NCBI RefSeq assembly: GCF_000007005.1
Contig: NC_002754.1
Length of the DNA: 64,000 nucleotides
From: Saccharolobus solfataricus P2
GTDB lineage: Archaea > Thermoproteota > Thermoprotei_A > Sulfolobales > Sulfolobaceae
Direction: 5' to 3' (one strand)
The notes beneath the pieces were generated by a model that did not search any database, was not told the origin of the DNA, and saw only the letters and a list, made by a program, of their open reading frames with translations. The position numbers and the translations under genes are program-made. Shown here one piece after another: positions 10,771-19,997 of the stretch (within the stretch, counting starts at the first letter, position 1; every line of letters begins with the position of its first letter).

Positions 10771-11550
10771 AGTGTGGACAACAATTTTCTTAATTTAAAA
10801 TAAATTGTGTAAATTGTTTTTGCGCGTGGAATAAGTCCTTTTGTTTAGCGTAATATCTTTTTGGGTGAGCAGAGGATTTTTCTTGGTGAGCAAATCATGG
10901 ACAAATGAAGTAGCCGCGCTCACTCAAGTTATTTTAACCTTAATGGAGTATATTAACCTTAAGCCTAGGTTTCACGTTAGGGAGGAGATTGCTTTAAGCT
11001 TAGCGAGTTATCTAGCTGACTTATCCTCTTGGAGGACTACGTTGTTCCACTTCACCTTACTTTATGAGAGGCTTGGTAGCCTCAGATATGCCGTATCCTT
11101 GAGTTACGCCATTGACGAGACTAAGGTTACTTGCGTTAGGGGTAATTACTACGTTTGGGTTATTAGGGAGGTTGTAGCTAAAGCTATTTCCTTCTTCATG
11201 GTAACAAGCTTGAGGAGTGGTTTTCACGTAGTTATCATGAGGGGATTGCGAGTAAGTACTTTAGAATAGGGTAGTTTACTTGCACGATGGTTTATCAGTT
11301 TACAATGCCTTTGATTGGTTTAATGTTGGGCACAAGAGGGTTACGTTAGGCGATTACACTGAAGAAGGGTCTAGGAAATTAAAGCATAGAGTCTCTTCAA
11401 TGGACTTCGCTTGTAATTCCAATAAGTTAATGAGTTGGTTCTCGACCTTCTTCTTAATCTACAACCTCCTTTACATTCAAGTGTATTTAGTGGATAAGGG
11501 AGTGATGATAAATGCAAACATTTCAACTACATGAAATTGTTGTCCACACT
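10771..11550 (+). mobile_element. IS6-family element (ISC774-like), 780 bp, with broken transposase
   Basis: 17-bp inverted repeats AGTGTGGACAACAATTT (10771-10787) and AAATTGTTGTCCACACT (11534-11550); DDE fragments IDETKV, HDG and YTEEG split across ORFs 10841-11269 and 11280-11534. Confidence 0.85.
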
Positions 11551-11560
11551 CAGATATGAT

Positions 11561-12032
11561 GGGCGATTCATGTTTCCTTTGCGATTTCAATTTGTTTCTC
11601 TAAAAATAGATAATAATAATTGATTCTACATTTAGGGTAATGCTAATAATTTGAAGTAACATTAGCTGGGGACGAGCTTGAGGTAATATTATGAACCAGA
11701 TCACACTAAGCATGAAAGACCTCTACACCCACTCTCCGAGCGAGGATGTAGAGGAGCTCAAGAAGTGGTTTAAGCCCAGCAACCTGGCCGAGTCGTTCAA
11801 CTCCCTCATCGAACGTAGGAGATTCGGCAAGTTCCACTCTCCTTGGATATTCCAGATCGTGCGGACCATAGCCAATAACTACAATCTATCAACCTATTTT
11901 CTCATAATTGCAATATTATTGCATTTTACCTTATTCTTCTCATCATAACTGAAATGTATACAATAATTTCTACATTGAATTATCTTTATACATACGAAAT
12001 ATTACAATTTGCAAAGGAAACTTGAATCACCC
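11561..12032 (+). mobile_element. Internally deleted IS relic (ISC1173-like ends), 472 bp
   Basis: 22-bp inverted repeats GGGCGATTCATGTTTCCTTTGC and GCAAAGGAAACTTGAATCACCC (2 mismatches); ORF 11691-11948 carries a transposase C-terminal NLAESFNSLIERRRF...YN segment. Confidence 0.75.
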
Positions 12033-12348
12033 AGTTCGAGCCATAGTGTAAAAATAATTAAATCCATATAAATATTCTTTCTCAATAATTTGGCATAAAT
12101 CATAAAAGTATTCGTTTATTTTCAATTAAATATGGAAATAAGCCATTATCAAAAAGAAGATGTCGGAATTTTTAACCTTTTTCCACAAAATTTTGTTATC
12201 TAATTAAAGTAATTAACGAAATGGTATTAAAGGAATTTAAACATCGCTTAAATTTGATCTGCTACCCAAATTTTCATGATTTATTAAAGTGCCAGAGGCA
12301 ACTTTAGATACTTACTGTATAATTATATTGTCAAGGTGACATAGCTTT

Positions 12349-13272
12349 ATGAGGAAAGTTATAGTGGATTCAGATACTGCCACTGATGATACTATAGCGA
12401 TATTACTTGCATCCAGATTTTTTCAATTATTAGGTGTAACCATAGTTGCTGGAAATGTAAATTATAATCAAGAGGTTAAGAATGCCCTTTTTACTTTAGA
12501 GTATATTGGTAAGCAGGATGTACCAGTTTATTTAGGCTCACAAAGACCTATCTTAGGAAATTGGAGAACTGTTGAAGAGGTTCATGGAAGTAATGGAATG
12601 AGTAATTGGAACTACCCTGAACCTAATAAAAGGCCAGAGAAAGAGCATGCTATAGATGCCATACTCAGATTATCAAAAGAACATGAAGGTGAGTTGGAAA
12701 TACTTGCAATTTCCCCTTTAACAAATATTGCATTAGCCTATCTTAAGGATCCATCAGTTGTTAAACGAGTGAAAAAGATTTGGATAATGGGTGGTGCATT
12801 TTCAAAGGGTAACACTACCCCCATAGCAGAGTTCAATTTTTGGGTAGATCCTGAGGCTGCTAAAATAGTTTTAGATGCAGGATTTGACATCACCATAGTT
12901 CCTTGGGAAGTTGCCGAAATAAGTGGTTCTTTGAATGAGAGAGACTGGGAATATATCTCTAAGCTTAATACTAAGCTTTCAAACTTTTTTATTAACGTTA
13001 ATAAGACGCTAAAGGAATATACCACTAAGAATCAAGGCATATCTGGCAGTATCCATCCAGATTCCTTAACAGTTTCGATAGCTCATGACAACTCTATTAT
13101 CTTAGATTCTTCTCTAAAGTATGTTGATGTTGAATTATGTTCAAAATCTAGAGGAGCAATGTTAATAGACTGGTACAGTTTACATAAAAACAAGCCTAAT
13201 GCTGAAATTGTACTAAAGGCAGATGGTGGTAAGTTTAAAAATCTTCTATTCAACTCTCTTTCCCAGCTTTGA
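12349..13272 (+). CDS. Nucleoside hydrolase (IU-NH family)
   Basis: [36 protein letters not shown] and HPD motifs. Confidence 0.95.
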   Translation: MRKVIVDSDTATDDTIAILLASRFFQLLGVTIVAGNVNYNQEVKNALFTLEYIGKQDVPVYLGSQRPILGNWRTVEEVHGSNGMSNWNYPEPNKRPEKEHAIDAILRLSKEHEGELEILAISPLTNIALAYLKDPSVVKRVKKIWIMGGAFSKGNTTPIAEFNFWVDPEAAKIVLDAGFDITIVPWEVAEISGSLNERDWEYISKLNTKLSNFFINVNKTLKEYTTKNQGISGSIHPDSLTVSIAHDNSIILDSSLKYVDVELCSKSRGAMLIDWYSLHKNKPNAEIVLKADGGKFKNLLFNSLSQL

Positions 13273-13656
13273 GCAATCAGCATATACTATAATATTAACG
13301 TTTTTTATATCTAAGCCATTTTTGGTTAGATTTTCCATAAAGTTATCCATTTCAATATCTAGATCAATTATTCTGTTAGAATCGATACAAAAAACATTAA
13401 CGTGAGGCTTTCTATTAATCTCAAACCAAGTTATGCCGTTTGCCTCAAAAGAATTTAATATTCCAGATTCCTTTAATGTCTCTAACGTATTATAAACTGT
13501 GGATAAGCTAATGCTAGGTTCTGTTTTTTTAAGTTCTTCGTAAATTTGTTCCCCGCTATAATGGCCCCCTCTCATTATTAGCTTTAGTATAGCGATTCTT
13601 TGTGGTGTCACTTTTAGGTTTCTTTGCCTCAACAAGTTTGCGAGATCAACTTCCAT
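13246..13656 (-). CDS. fur: Fur-family metal-dependent regulator
   Basis: [20 protein letters not shown] and PHVNVFC motifs. Confidence 0.92.
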   Translation of the reverse strand: MEVDLANLLRQRNLKVTPQRIAILKLIMRGGHYSGEQIYEELKKTEPSISLSTVYNTLETLKESGILNSFEANGITWFEINRKPHVNVFCIDSNRIIDLDIEMDNFMENLTKNGLDIKNVNIIVYADCSKLGKRVE

Positions 13657-13759
13657 ACTGTACTCATTTCTATCTTGGAGTAATTTAAAATTTCTCCTAT
13701 CTGCAACTCTCTTATACCTTAAATTTAGGTTTATAAAGTTAAGTGGGTATTATATAATA

Positions 13760-14224
13760 ATGCAGAACTTTAGGGAGCTGTCAATTGATATTGTTCTTTC
13801 GCATAAAATACGGAACTATGACCAAGTAGTTCTTGATGGTACTAAGAAACGTGATTCATGTGCGTTTTTCATTTATGGCTATTGTAAAAAAATTTCGCCA
13901 AGAAGTAAAGTTCTTGCTAGCTGGATATCCAATGGAAAGATTATTCCACATCCCCTATTTTGTTATCTATGCCCATTTTACTCATTAAGAGATGATGACA
14001 AGACTGTAACCGTTGATCTTTTCGATATTTACTTAACATATAAGAATTTAAAGACACAAATTGAAAAAGAATTAGAATTTATAGAGAGTAGGCTCTCAGA
14101 ATTTTCATTTTCCACTTCCATAGCATTGAGAAGAAGAAGAGAGGACTTGATAGCTTTTCTTGATGATATTTCAACTAAGAGTAAAATACTTTTAGAAATA
14201 ATAAGGATGAGTGAGAGAACATGA
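13760..14224 (+). CDS. Cys/His-rich hypothetical protein with C-terminal coiled coil
   Basis: CAFFIYGYC and HPLFCYLCPFY segments; overlaps the next gene's start. Confidence 0.75.
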   Translation: MQNFRELSIDIVLSHKIRNYDQVVLDGTKKRDSCAFFIYGYCKKISPRSKVLASWISNGKIIPHPLFCYLCPFYSLRDDDKTVTVDLFDIYLTYKNLKTQIEKELEFIESRLSEFSFSTSIALRRRREDLIAFLDDISTKSKILLEIIRMSERT

Positions 14225-14892
14225 GGGCAGAAGACTTATTTAATGATCCAAAAAGTTATAAGAGATGGTACGAACTCCACTCTAAGCTATACGAGAATGA
14301 GAGAAATGTAGTTAGAAGTTTTAACCTTAAAGATTGTTTAGATGTAGGATCGGGACCAGATATTTTTCATGAAGAAATTGGAGGAAGAATTGTAGCTCTG
14401 GATATATCGTTACTTATGCTAAAAGAAAGTAAAAGTGACGAGAAAGTGCTAGCTGATGCTTTACATTTACCCTTCAGAGATAACTCATTTAAATGTGTCT
14501 TCAGTTCTGTCACCGTCTGCTTTATAGAAGACGTAAAGGGATTTATAAGGGAGATGGCTAGAATAACTAAAGAAAGAGCAATTATTTGTTTTATAGCCAG
14601 GGATTCTCCGTGGGGTGAATATTATGAGAATCTAGGCAAAAGCGGCCATAAGTATTATTCGCATGCTCGCTTTATATCAAGAAGAGAGTTTTACGTAATT
14701 ATAAACGATTTCATGAAAATTTCTAGAATTAGATCCACGCTAAAAAAGATGAGCGAAACAGAAATCGATGGAGTTTATAACGATGATAGTGGGTCATTTA
14801 TATGTGTGGAAGCTATTCCTATGAAACCGGAGCCCCTTTCATTGAGTCTTAACAGACACTCGGGGGCTGATCCTGCTGACCCTATTTCTTAA
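14221..14892 (+). CDS. Class I SAM-dependent methyltransferase
   Basis: LDVGSGP and ADALHLPFRDNSF motifs; the C-terminal tail overlaps an antisense structured RNA. Confidence 0.88.
   Translation: MRAEDLFNDPKSYKRWYELHSKLYENERNVVRSFNLKDCLDVGSGPDIFHEEIGGRIVALDISLLMLKESKSDEKVLADALHLPFRDNSFKCVFSSVTVCFIEDVKGFIREMARITKERAIICFIARDSPWGEYYENLGKSGHKYYSHARFISRREFYVIINDFMKISRIRSTLKKMSETEIDGVYNDDSGSFICVEAIPMKPEPLSLSLNRHSGADPADPIS
14811..14884 (-). ncRNA. H/ACA-type pseudouridylation guide, predicted target 16S rRNA U8
   Basis: Upper stem AGCCCC/GGGGCU with K-turn-like GA..UGA; pocket strands GCAGGAUC and CCGG complement CCGG-UU-GAUCCUGC at the 16S 5' end; AUA box 14 nt below the stem; upstream BRE-TATA. 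Lower stem is weak. Confidence 0.7.
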
Positions 14893-14906
14893 CTCTAAAC
14901 CTCAAG

Positions 14907-14920
14907 TTTATATTTTTTCC
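14907..14920 (-). promoter_or_regulatory. BRE-TATA element upstream of the antisense guide RNA
   Basis: Minus strand reads GGAAAAAATATAAA about 24 nt upstream of AGGGTCAG. Confidence 0.55.
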
Positions 14921-14929
14921 TAACAACGT

Positions 14930-15060
14930 GCTTCGCGCACTTTTTTGAATTTTTACAAAGAGTTAAGAGGTATCACAAACAGAAATTGTACACTTTAAGA
15001 TTAATTGAAAGGGAAATAATGGCAGTTTAGTGTAAAGATATTCAATAGATCAACTAAGCG
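14930..15060. mobile_element. SM3-like MITE, copy 1 (~131 bp)
   Basis: Aligns end to end with 34681-34810 (8 mismatches over the last 62 bp); flanked by imperfect direct repeats CTAACAACG/TTAACAACA. Size matches Sulfolobus SM3 MITEs as I recall them. Confidence 0.65.
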
Positions 15061-15574
15061 TTAACAACATACCTTTCTTCCCACGCAAGGGGCAATATTA
15101 GTTTAGATTATAAAAACTTAATTGAAAGGTCTAACTACTGAATATTCAAGTCTTATTGACGGTTTCTCAGTCAGTTCCTTATCACTTTTTAAAACTAACT
15201 CTCGTATTATTATTGATTAATCTAGCAAGACGATCTATATTAGTTCTTAGTTCCTCCATTTCTCTTTTTAGAAAAGGTAGAGGAACACTAGAAACGCTTG
15301 AATTCTTTTTTTATCTTATATTTCTTTTTAGCGTACCTATTCTCCTTAGCGAGTTTCATTAGTGTCCGATAACGTAGAAGGGGAACACCAGCTTGTATCT
15401 AGTGATCACGTTTTCGTCGCACTTGCTCTAATCCGTTAGTACTTCTCTTTCTCAAATGTAATATTTGACGTAATTAATTACAAACTTTTGTATAAGTCTG
15501 GAGCGATCACAGCGTAACCGCTTAGGGTAAACCTTAAAAAGGCTTATTTATAATGTTTTTCCATATCTTTACTC

Positions 15575-16390
15575 ATGTTAAGAACTTTTGTACTGATGTT
15601 TTTCACATCCCTTAGTTTTATTGTAGCTTATTATATTACCTTTAGTCCATTAATTTTAGCAGAATTCTCCCACGCTTTGATTGACTTCTTAACAATTGCA
15701 TTTTCTATTATTGCTATAAAATTCATAGGGGAGAATGAAGTAGCTGAGGGGAGATTTTCTTATGGATTACATAGACTAGAAGTTGTTGTTGCTATGATTA
15801 ATCTCATTATAATTATTCTGCTTTCACTTGCCGTGGCATACACTTCTGTAACATCACTGTTTAAGGAAACTACAAATGATTCTTTTACCTTAATCGTATC
15901 GTCAGCTTTGGCGTCATTTTTAACTTATTTCGCATCCCCTAAAGAAAGGAATGACTTAGGCAAGAAGGGACTATATATGCACATCTTATCAGACTTTCTA
16001 GGATATATAATGGGTTTTATCATAGGTATTCTTATCTTTATCTCGGGAATACGTGAATTAGACCCAGTAGGGGCAATTATACTAGTAATACTGAACTTTG
16101 CACTTTCTATTCCGTTATTGAAGGAAGCTTTTTTAATATTTATGGAAGGCTCATCAGTGAAAATCGACCATATTATGGAAGAACTCACTAAAATTTCCCC
16201 TAGCGTTCATCACTTGCATGTGTGGTCAATTTGCGATCACGTTAAGGTTGCGACACTTCACGTTAAAGTATCTCCAAACTTGACTATAGCCGAGGCTGAT
16301 AAAATTAGGGGCTCAATTTGCGATTTTCTTAAAGAAAAATATGGTATCTCTCATGTAACAGTTCAATTTGAGACTAACGTTGACGATTAA
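15575..16390 (+). CDS. CDF zinc/cobalt efflux transporter (CzcD/ZitB-like)
   Basis: AEFSHALID, FSYGLHRLE, HILSD and HHLHVWS...HVTVQFE motifs. Confidence 0.9.
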   Translation: MLRTFVLMFFTSLSFIVAYYITFSPLILAEFSHALIDFLTIAFSIIAIKFIGENEVAEGRFSYGLHRLEVVVAMINLIIIILLSLAVAYTSVTSLFKETTNDSFTLIVSSALASFLTYFASPKERNDLGKKGLYMHILSDFLGYIMGFIIGILIFISGIRELDPVGAIILVILNFALSIPLLKEAFLIFMEGSSVKIDHIMEELTKISPSVHHLHVWSICDHVKVATLHVKVSPNLTIAEADKIRGSICDFLKEKYGISHVTVQFETNVDD

Positions 16391-17406
16391 TAAAACTGGC
16401 TTGGCCACCATTCGATATCTTTGTGAAGTTTACTTCCTACTAGCTTTATTATTTTCTCTCTATCCATTGCTGAAAACCTAACATCCATGTGAGCTTTTAA
16501 GAGTGGAAATGGATAGCCCTTAATACTTACTCCACTCAGACGATCCATTATTTCCTTCACTATTTTCTCATCAACTCTCCCAACTATATCTACTCTAATG
16601 ACTCTCTTGCCATTATCCAATCTAGTATAGAAAGTCGTATATTCCATTTTTCTTAATACCTCAATCTCAGGTATCTCAGAAATTTTTTCTATGTCTATAT
16701 TTTTTATTATAAGTTTGGAAAATCCTCTTTTTTCAGTAAATAATTCTAAAACAGTAATGTCGGGATAATCTGTACCAAATAGATCTCTCCCTCTACTAAC
16801 TTTAGATATCCACAAAACGTTGCCATCATATTCCTCTATTATTTTACTAACAAGAAATTGATTTAGTAGCATTAACAAATCTCGCATTTTTCTTTCATCT
16901 TTTATACTAATAATACCATTTAAATCGACATTCCTAATTAACTTTAACTCTTCATCAGAAAACTGTTGAATATCAACTTTATTACCAATCTTTTTGCTTA
17001 AGCTCCCATCCATAAGAATGTAATCTCCCTTACTACCATCCCTTAAAGCTAGCGATAGTTCTAATGCCTCCATTAATAGTGATATTCTTTCTTGTGCATC
17101 GTTCCCTGGCTTAAATATACCTATTTGGCCATCTTCGCTTAATGTCTTTACTCCTTTATTATCTCCAATTACAGATTCAGCTCCAACTGCGTAAACTATT
17201 CCTATTCTCATAGGTCTACCAAAAGATCCACCGTCAATAGCTACAAATTTACAAGTTTCGCTCTGTTCATGGTTTATAACGTATTCATTCCAATACTCAT
17301 TTACTTTATCTTGTATCTCTTGCTTAAGATAATTGGCAATATTGTAAATCTGATTTTTTATCTCATTATGGCTTTCTACTAACTTATCATATATTTTTCT
17401 TATCAA
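16387..17406 (-). CDS. nurA: 5'-3' nuclease NurA
   Basis: AIDGG, LMDGSL and GYPFPLLKAH motifs; last gene of the repair operon. Confidence 0.95.
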   Translation of the reverse strand: MIRKIYDKLVESHNEIKNQIYNIANYLKQEIQDKVNEYWNEYVINHEQSETCKFVAIDGGSFGRPMRIGIVYAVGAESVIGDNKGVKTLSEDGQIGIFKPGNDAQERISLLMEALELSLALRDGSKGDYILMDGSLSKKIGNKVDIQQFSDEELKLIRNVDLNGIISIKDERKMRDLLMLLNQFLVSKIIEEYDGNVLWISKVSRGRDLFGTDYPDITVLELFTEKRGFSKLIIKNIDIEKISEIPEIEVLRKMEYTTFYTRLDNGKRVIRVDIVGRVDEKIVKEIMDRLSGVSIKGYPFPLLKAHMDVRFSAMDREKIIKLVGSKLHKDIEWWPSQFY

Positions 17407-19997
17407 GTCTCCTCCCTCACAAAACTTTTATTTCCTCTCTTTTCAACACGAATAACATAATCTGCTGCTTGGACTACCTCCTCGTCGTGAGTCACCACTA
17501 TTATCTGAGGCACACTCTCCTTTGCAGCCCTAATTATCTCTATTAAATACGCTTTTCTTTGATCATCTAAGTGGATTGTTGGCTCGTCAAGAATGAAGAA
17601 GTTAGTATTGCTCATTAGTGCTTTTGCTATCGCTAACCTTAAAGCTATAGATAAGGCAATTCTCTCTCCGCCGCTAAGTGATACTATGGGTAAGGTATCG
17701 CCACTATTCGTATATACTAGTATATCCCCACTACTACTCCTTCCTCTGCCAGTTTTCGGCATGATCTCCATCTCAACGTTTTTAATGGATAGATCAAATT
17801 TTGATATTATATCGTTTAGATTATTTTCGATTAATTGTTTTGTTGTCATGATTATATAACTCTGTAATTTGCGTTCTCCTAATGCTGATCTAATTTTCTC
17901 TAACTTATTAATAGCATTGATTATCTTTTCTCTATCCTTTAGCTGTAATTCATAATTCGCAATTCTATTACTTATCTCCTCTATATCTTTCTCTAAACTT
18001 TCCAATTCGCCTTCGATTCTACTCTTTCTATTTTCCTTTTCCTTAAGACTAAGATTATAAGCATCTAAACTGGTTTTAAGTTCATTATATCTATTTTCAT
18101 CAAATTGTATAATATTTACTTCCTCCCTTAAATTCTTAACCTCTTCTTGTAATAGTTTAACTTGACGTATATAGTCTTCTAGTATTCCTTTTTTCTTTTT
18201 CATTTCATCTAACTTTACTCTTTTGTTCTCTAAATCTAGAATTTTACTCTCTAGAGCTTTTCTGTCTAATCCTTTTAATTCGCTTTCTAGTCCTCTCATT
18301 TCTTTTTCAATCTCTTCTTTTTTCTTTTTCATTTCATCTAACTTTACTCTTTTCTTATCAAGTTCCTCCTTGGTATACTTAGATAGCCTCATGAATTCTT
18401 CATAATACAGTTTTAGTTCTTTTACCTCTTCATTTATTTTCTTAATTTCCTCGTCGATATTCTTTAAAGATTCGATCTCACTATGAAGATTTTCTATTTC
18501 CTCATTTAGCTTTTTAAGCTGTCTCATTACATTATCGTAACTTGCCTTATTATTTGAAAGTCTTCTATATTCCCTTTCTATTTTATTTAATTCGTTAGTA
18601 ATCTTCTTCAGTTCTTCTTCTAGTTCATTCTTATTTAATTCTAATTGTAAAATGTAACTTTTTGCTTCTTTTATTATTTTTTGTTTGTGCTCCTCATCTA
18701 GGGGTCTTCCACATACAGGACAAGTTTCCCCCTCAACTTGGCTAATATTATTTATTATCTCATTTTTCTCAGATATTAAGCTTTCAACTTTGGCTAATTG
18801 AGCTCTAAGATTAAGTTGTTTTTTCCTAGTCTCCTCTACCTTTTGTTCTAGACTATTAACCTTGTCTATATCATTAGAAAGCTCACTTGCATCTTTCTCT
18901 AAACGTTCTTTTAAATTTAGTTTAGAATCCAAATCGGATTTCAATTTGAGGTACTGTTGATATTTTGGCTGTAATTCTTCCAGTTTCCTTTCTAATTCCT
19001 TGTATTTTAAGTATTTTGGCTCAAGTTCTTCCTTTCTTCTAATAGCTTTTTCGTATTCCTCAATTTCTTTTTCTAAATTAATTACATTGGCTGACATTTC
19101 TGTATGACTTTTCGCTAAAACTTCATATTTCTCGAATTTTAGCTTGATGTTCCTTAGATTCTCAAGTTCGTTTATCTCCTTTTCGAGTTGATCCATGTTC
19201 TCTGTTTGTTTCCTCAATTCTTCTATACTCCTATTTAACTCATTTAATTCGCCTTCTTTTATCTTTAAGGTAGTTGTCAACTTTAAGTACTGGTTTCTTT
19301 TTTTCTCATACTCATCGAATTGATCCTTTATGTCTTTTATCCGTTTTTCTAGGTTCTTTATCTCATCTTCCAGCTTTTCCTTATCTTTTTTTAACTCCAA
19401 TACTCTAGCTCTTTTTTCCTCCACGGTCTTCTTAAAATTGTTATAGTCTTGTTCTATTCTATCTAGTTCCCTTAATTTATTCTCCAAGTTTTTCCTAAAT
19501 TCTACTATTGGTCCTCTACTATCAATGAGTTTCTCAATTAGTTCCAATTTAAGAATTTTGCCCATAATTTCTTGGAAATTCTCCAAAATTTTATCCAGTT
19601 CTCCTTGCCTAACTATTATTGTTGATAGGGCAATATCTTTATCAATACCTAGAATTTTTTCTATTTCATTAGAGACTACTGTTGCGCTACGTGCGATTGG
19701 GAATTGATTCCTTATTAACCTATCTTCTGTAGTGCTCCTTATATCCCTTATTATTTCTATTTTATCTTTTTCATTGGAAAGGTATAAGGTAACACTACCT
19801 CTATTTGAACCTTTTCTTATTAAGTTGTCGTTATTTCCCCTACTATGGGTTCTAAACAAGCTGAATACTATACCGTCTATTATAGAGCTTTTACCTGCTC
19901 CATTTTGGCCTACTATTACATTTATTTCACCCATGAACTGGATTTCGCTGTGTTCATGACTTAAGAAATTAGTTAAAGTAATTTTATCAATTCTCAT
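17403..19997 (-). CDS. rad50: DNA double-strand break repair ATPase Rad50
   Basis: GQNGAGKSS, CPVCG hook, LSGGE, ILDEPT and VTHD motifs. Confidence 0.97.
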   Translation of the reverse strand: MRIDKITLTNFLSHEHSEIQFMGEINVIVGQNGAGKSSIIDGIVFSLFRTHSRGNNDNLIRKGSNRGSVTLYLSNEKDKIEIIRDIRSTTEDRLIRNQFPIARSATVVSNEIEKILGIDKDIALSTIIVRQGELDKILENFQEIMGKILKLELIEKLIDSRGPIVEFRKNLENKLRELDRIEQDYNNFKKTVEEKRARVLELKKDKEKLEDEIKNLEKRIKDIKDQFDEYEKKRNQYLKLTTTLKIKEGELNELNRSIEELRKQTENMDQLEKEINELENLRNIKLKFEKYEVLAKSHTEMSANVINLEKEIEEYEKAIRRKEELEPKYLKYKELERKLEELQPKYQQYLKLKSDLDSKLNLKERLEKDASELSNDIDKVNSLEQKVEETRKKQLNLRAQLAKVESLISEKNEIINNISQVEGETCPVCGRPLDEEHKQKIIKEAKSYILQLELNKNELEEELKKITNELNKIEREYRRLSNNKASYDNVMRQLKKLNEEIENLHSEIESLKNIDEEIKKINEEVKELKLYYEEFMRLSKYTKEELDKKRVKLDEMKKKKEEIEKEMRGLESELKGLDRKALESKILDLENKRVKLDEMKKKKGILEDYIRQVKLLQEEVKNLREEVNIIQFDENRYNELKTSLDAYNLSLKEKENRKSRIEGELESLEKDIEEISNRIANYELQLKDREKIINAINKLEKIRSALGERKLQSYIIMTTKQLIENNLNDIISKFDLSIKNVEMEIMPKTGRGRSSSGDILVYTNSGDTLPIVSLSGGERIALSIALRLAIAKALMSNTNFFILDEPTIHLDDQRKAYLIEIIRAAKESVPQIIVVTHDEEVVQAADYVIRVEKRGNKSFVREET

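Noticed and set aside
10841-11534. ORFs 10841-11269, 11280-11534 and 36335-36589 as functional genes
   Set aside because: They are fragments of an interrupted IS6 transposase.
14791-14796. UGACCC pairing with the 5' GGGUCA to close a ~92-nt RNA
   Set aside because: Only 6 bp within coding sequence; the H/ACA geometry ending near the AUA box explains the element better. Kept only as an alternative 3' end.
15001-15129. AATTGAAAG motifs resembling the 3' end of Sulfolobus CRISPR repeats (also at 34753)
   Set aside because: There is no regular repeat-spacer period and no cas genes; the motif is internal to the dispersed SM3-like MITE.
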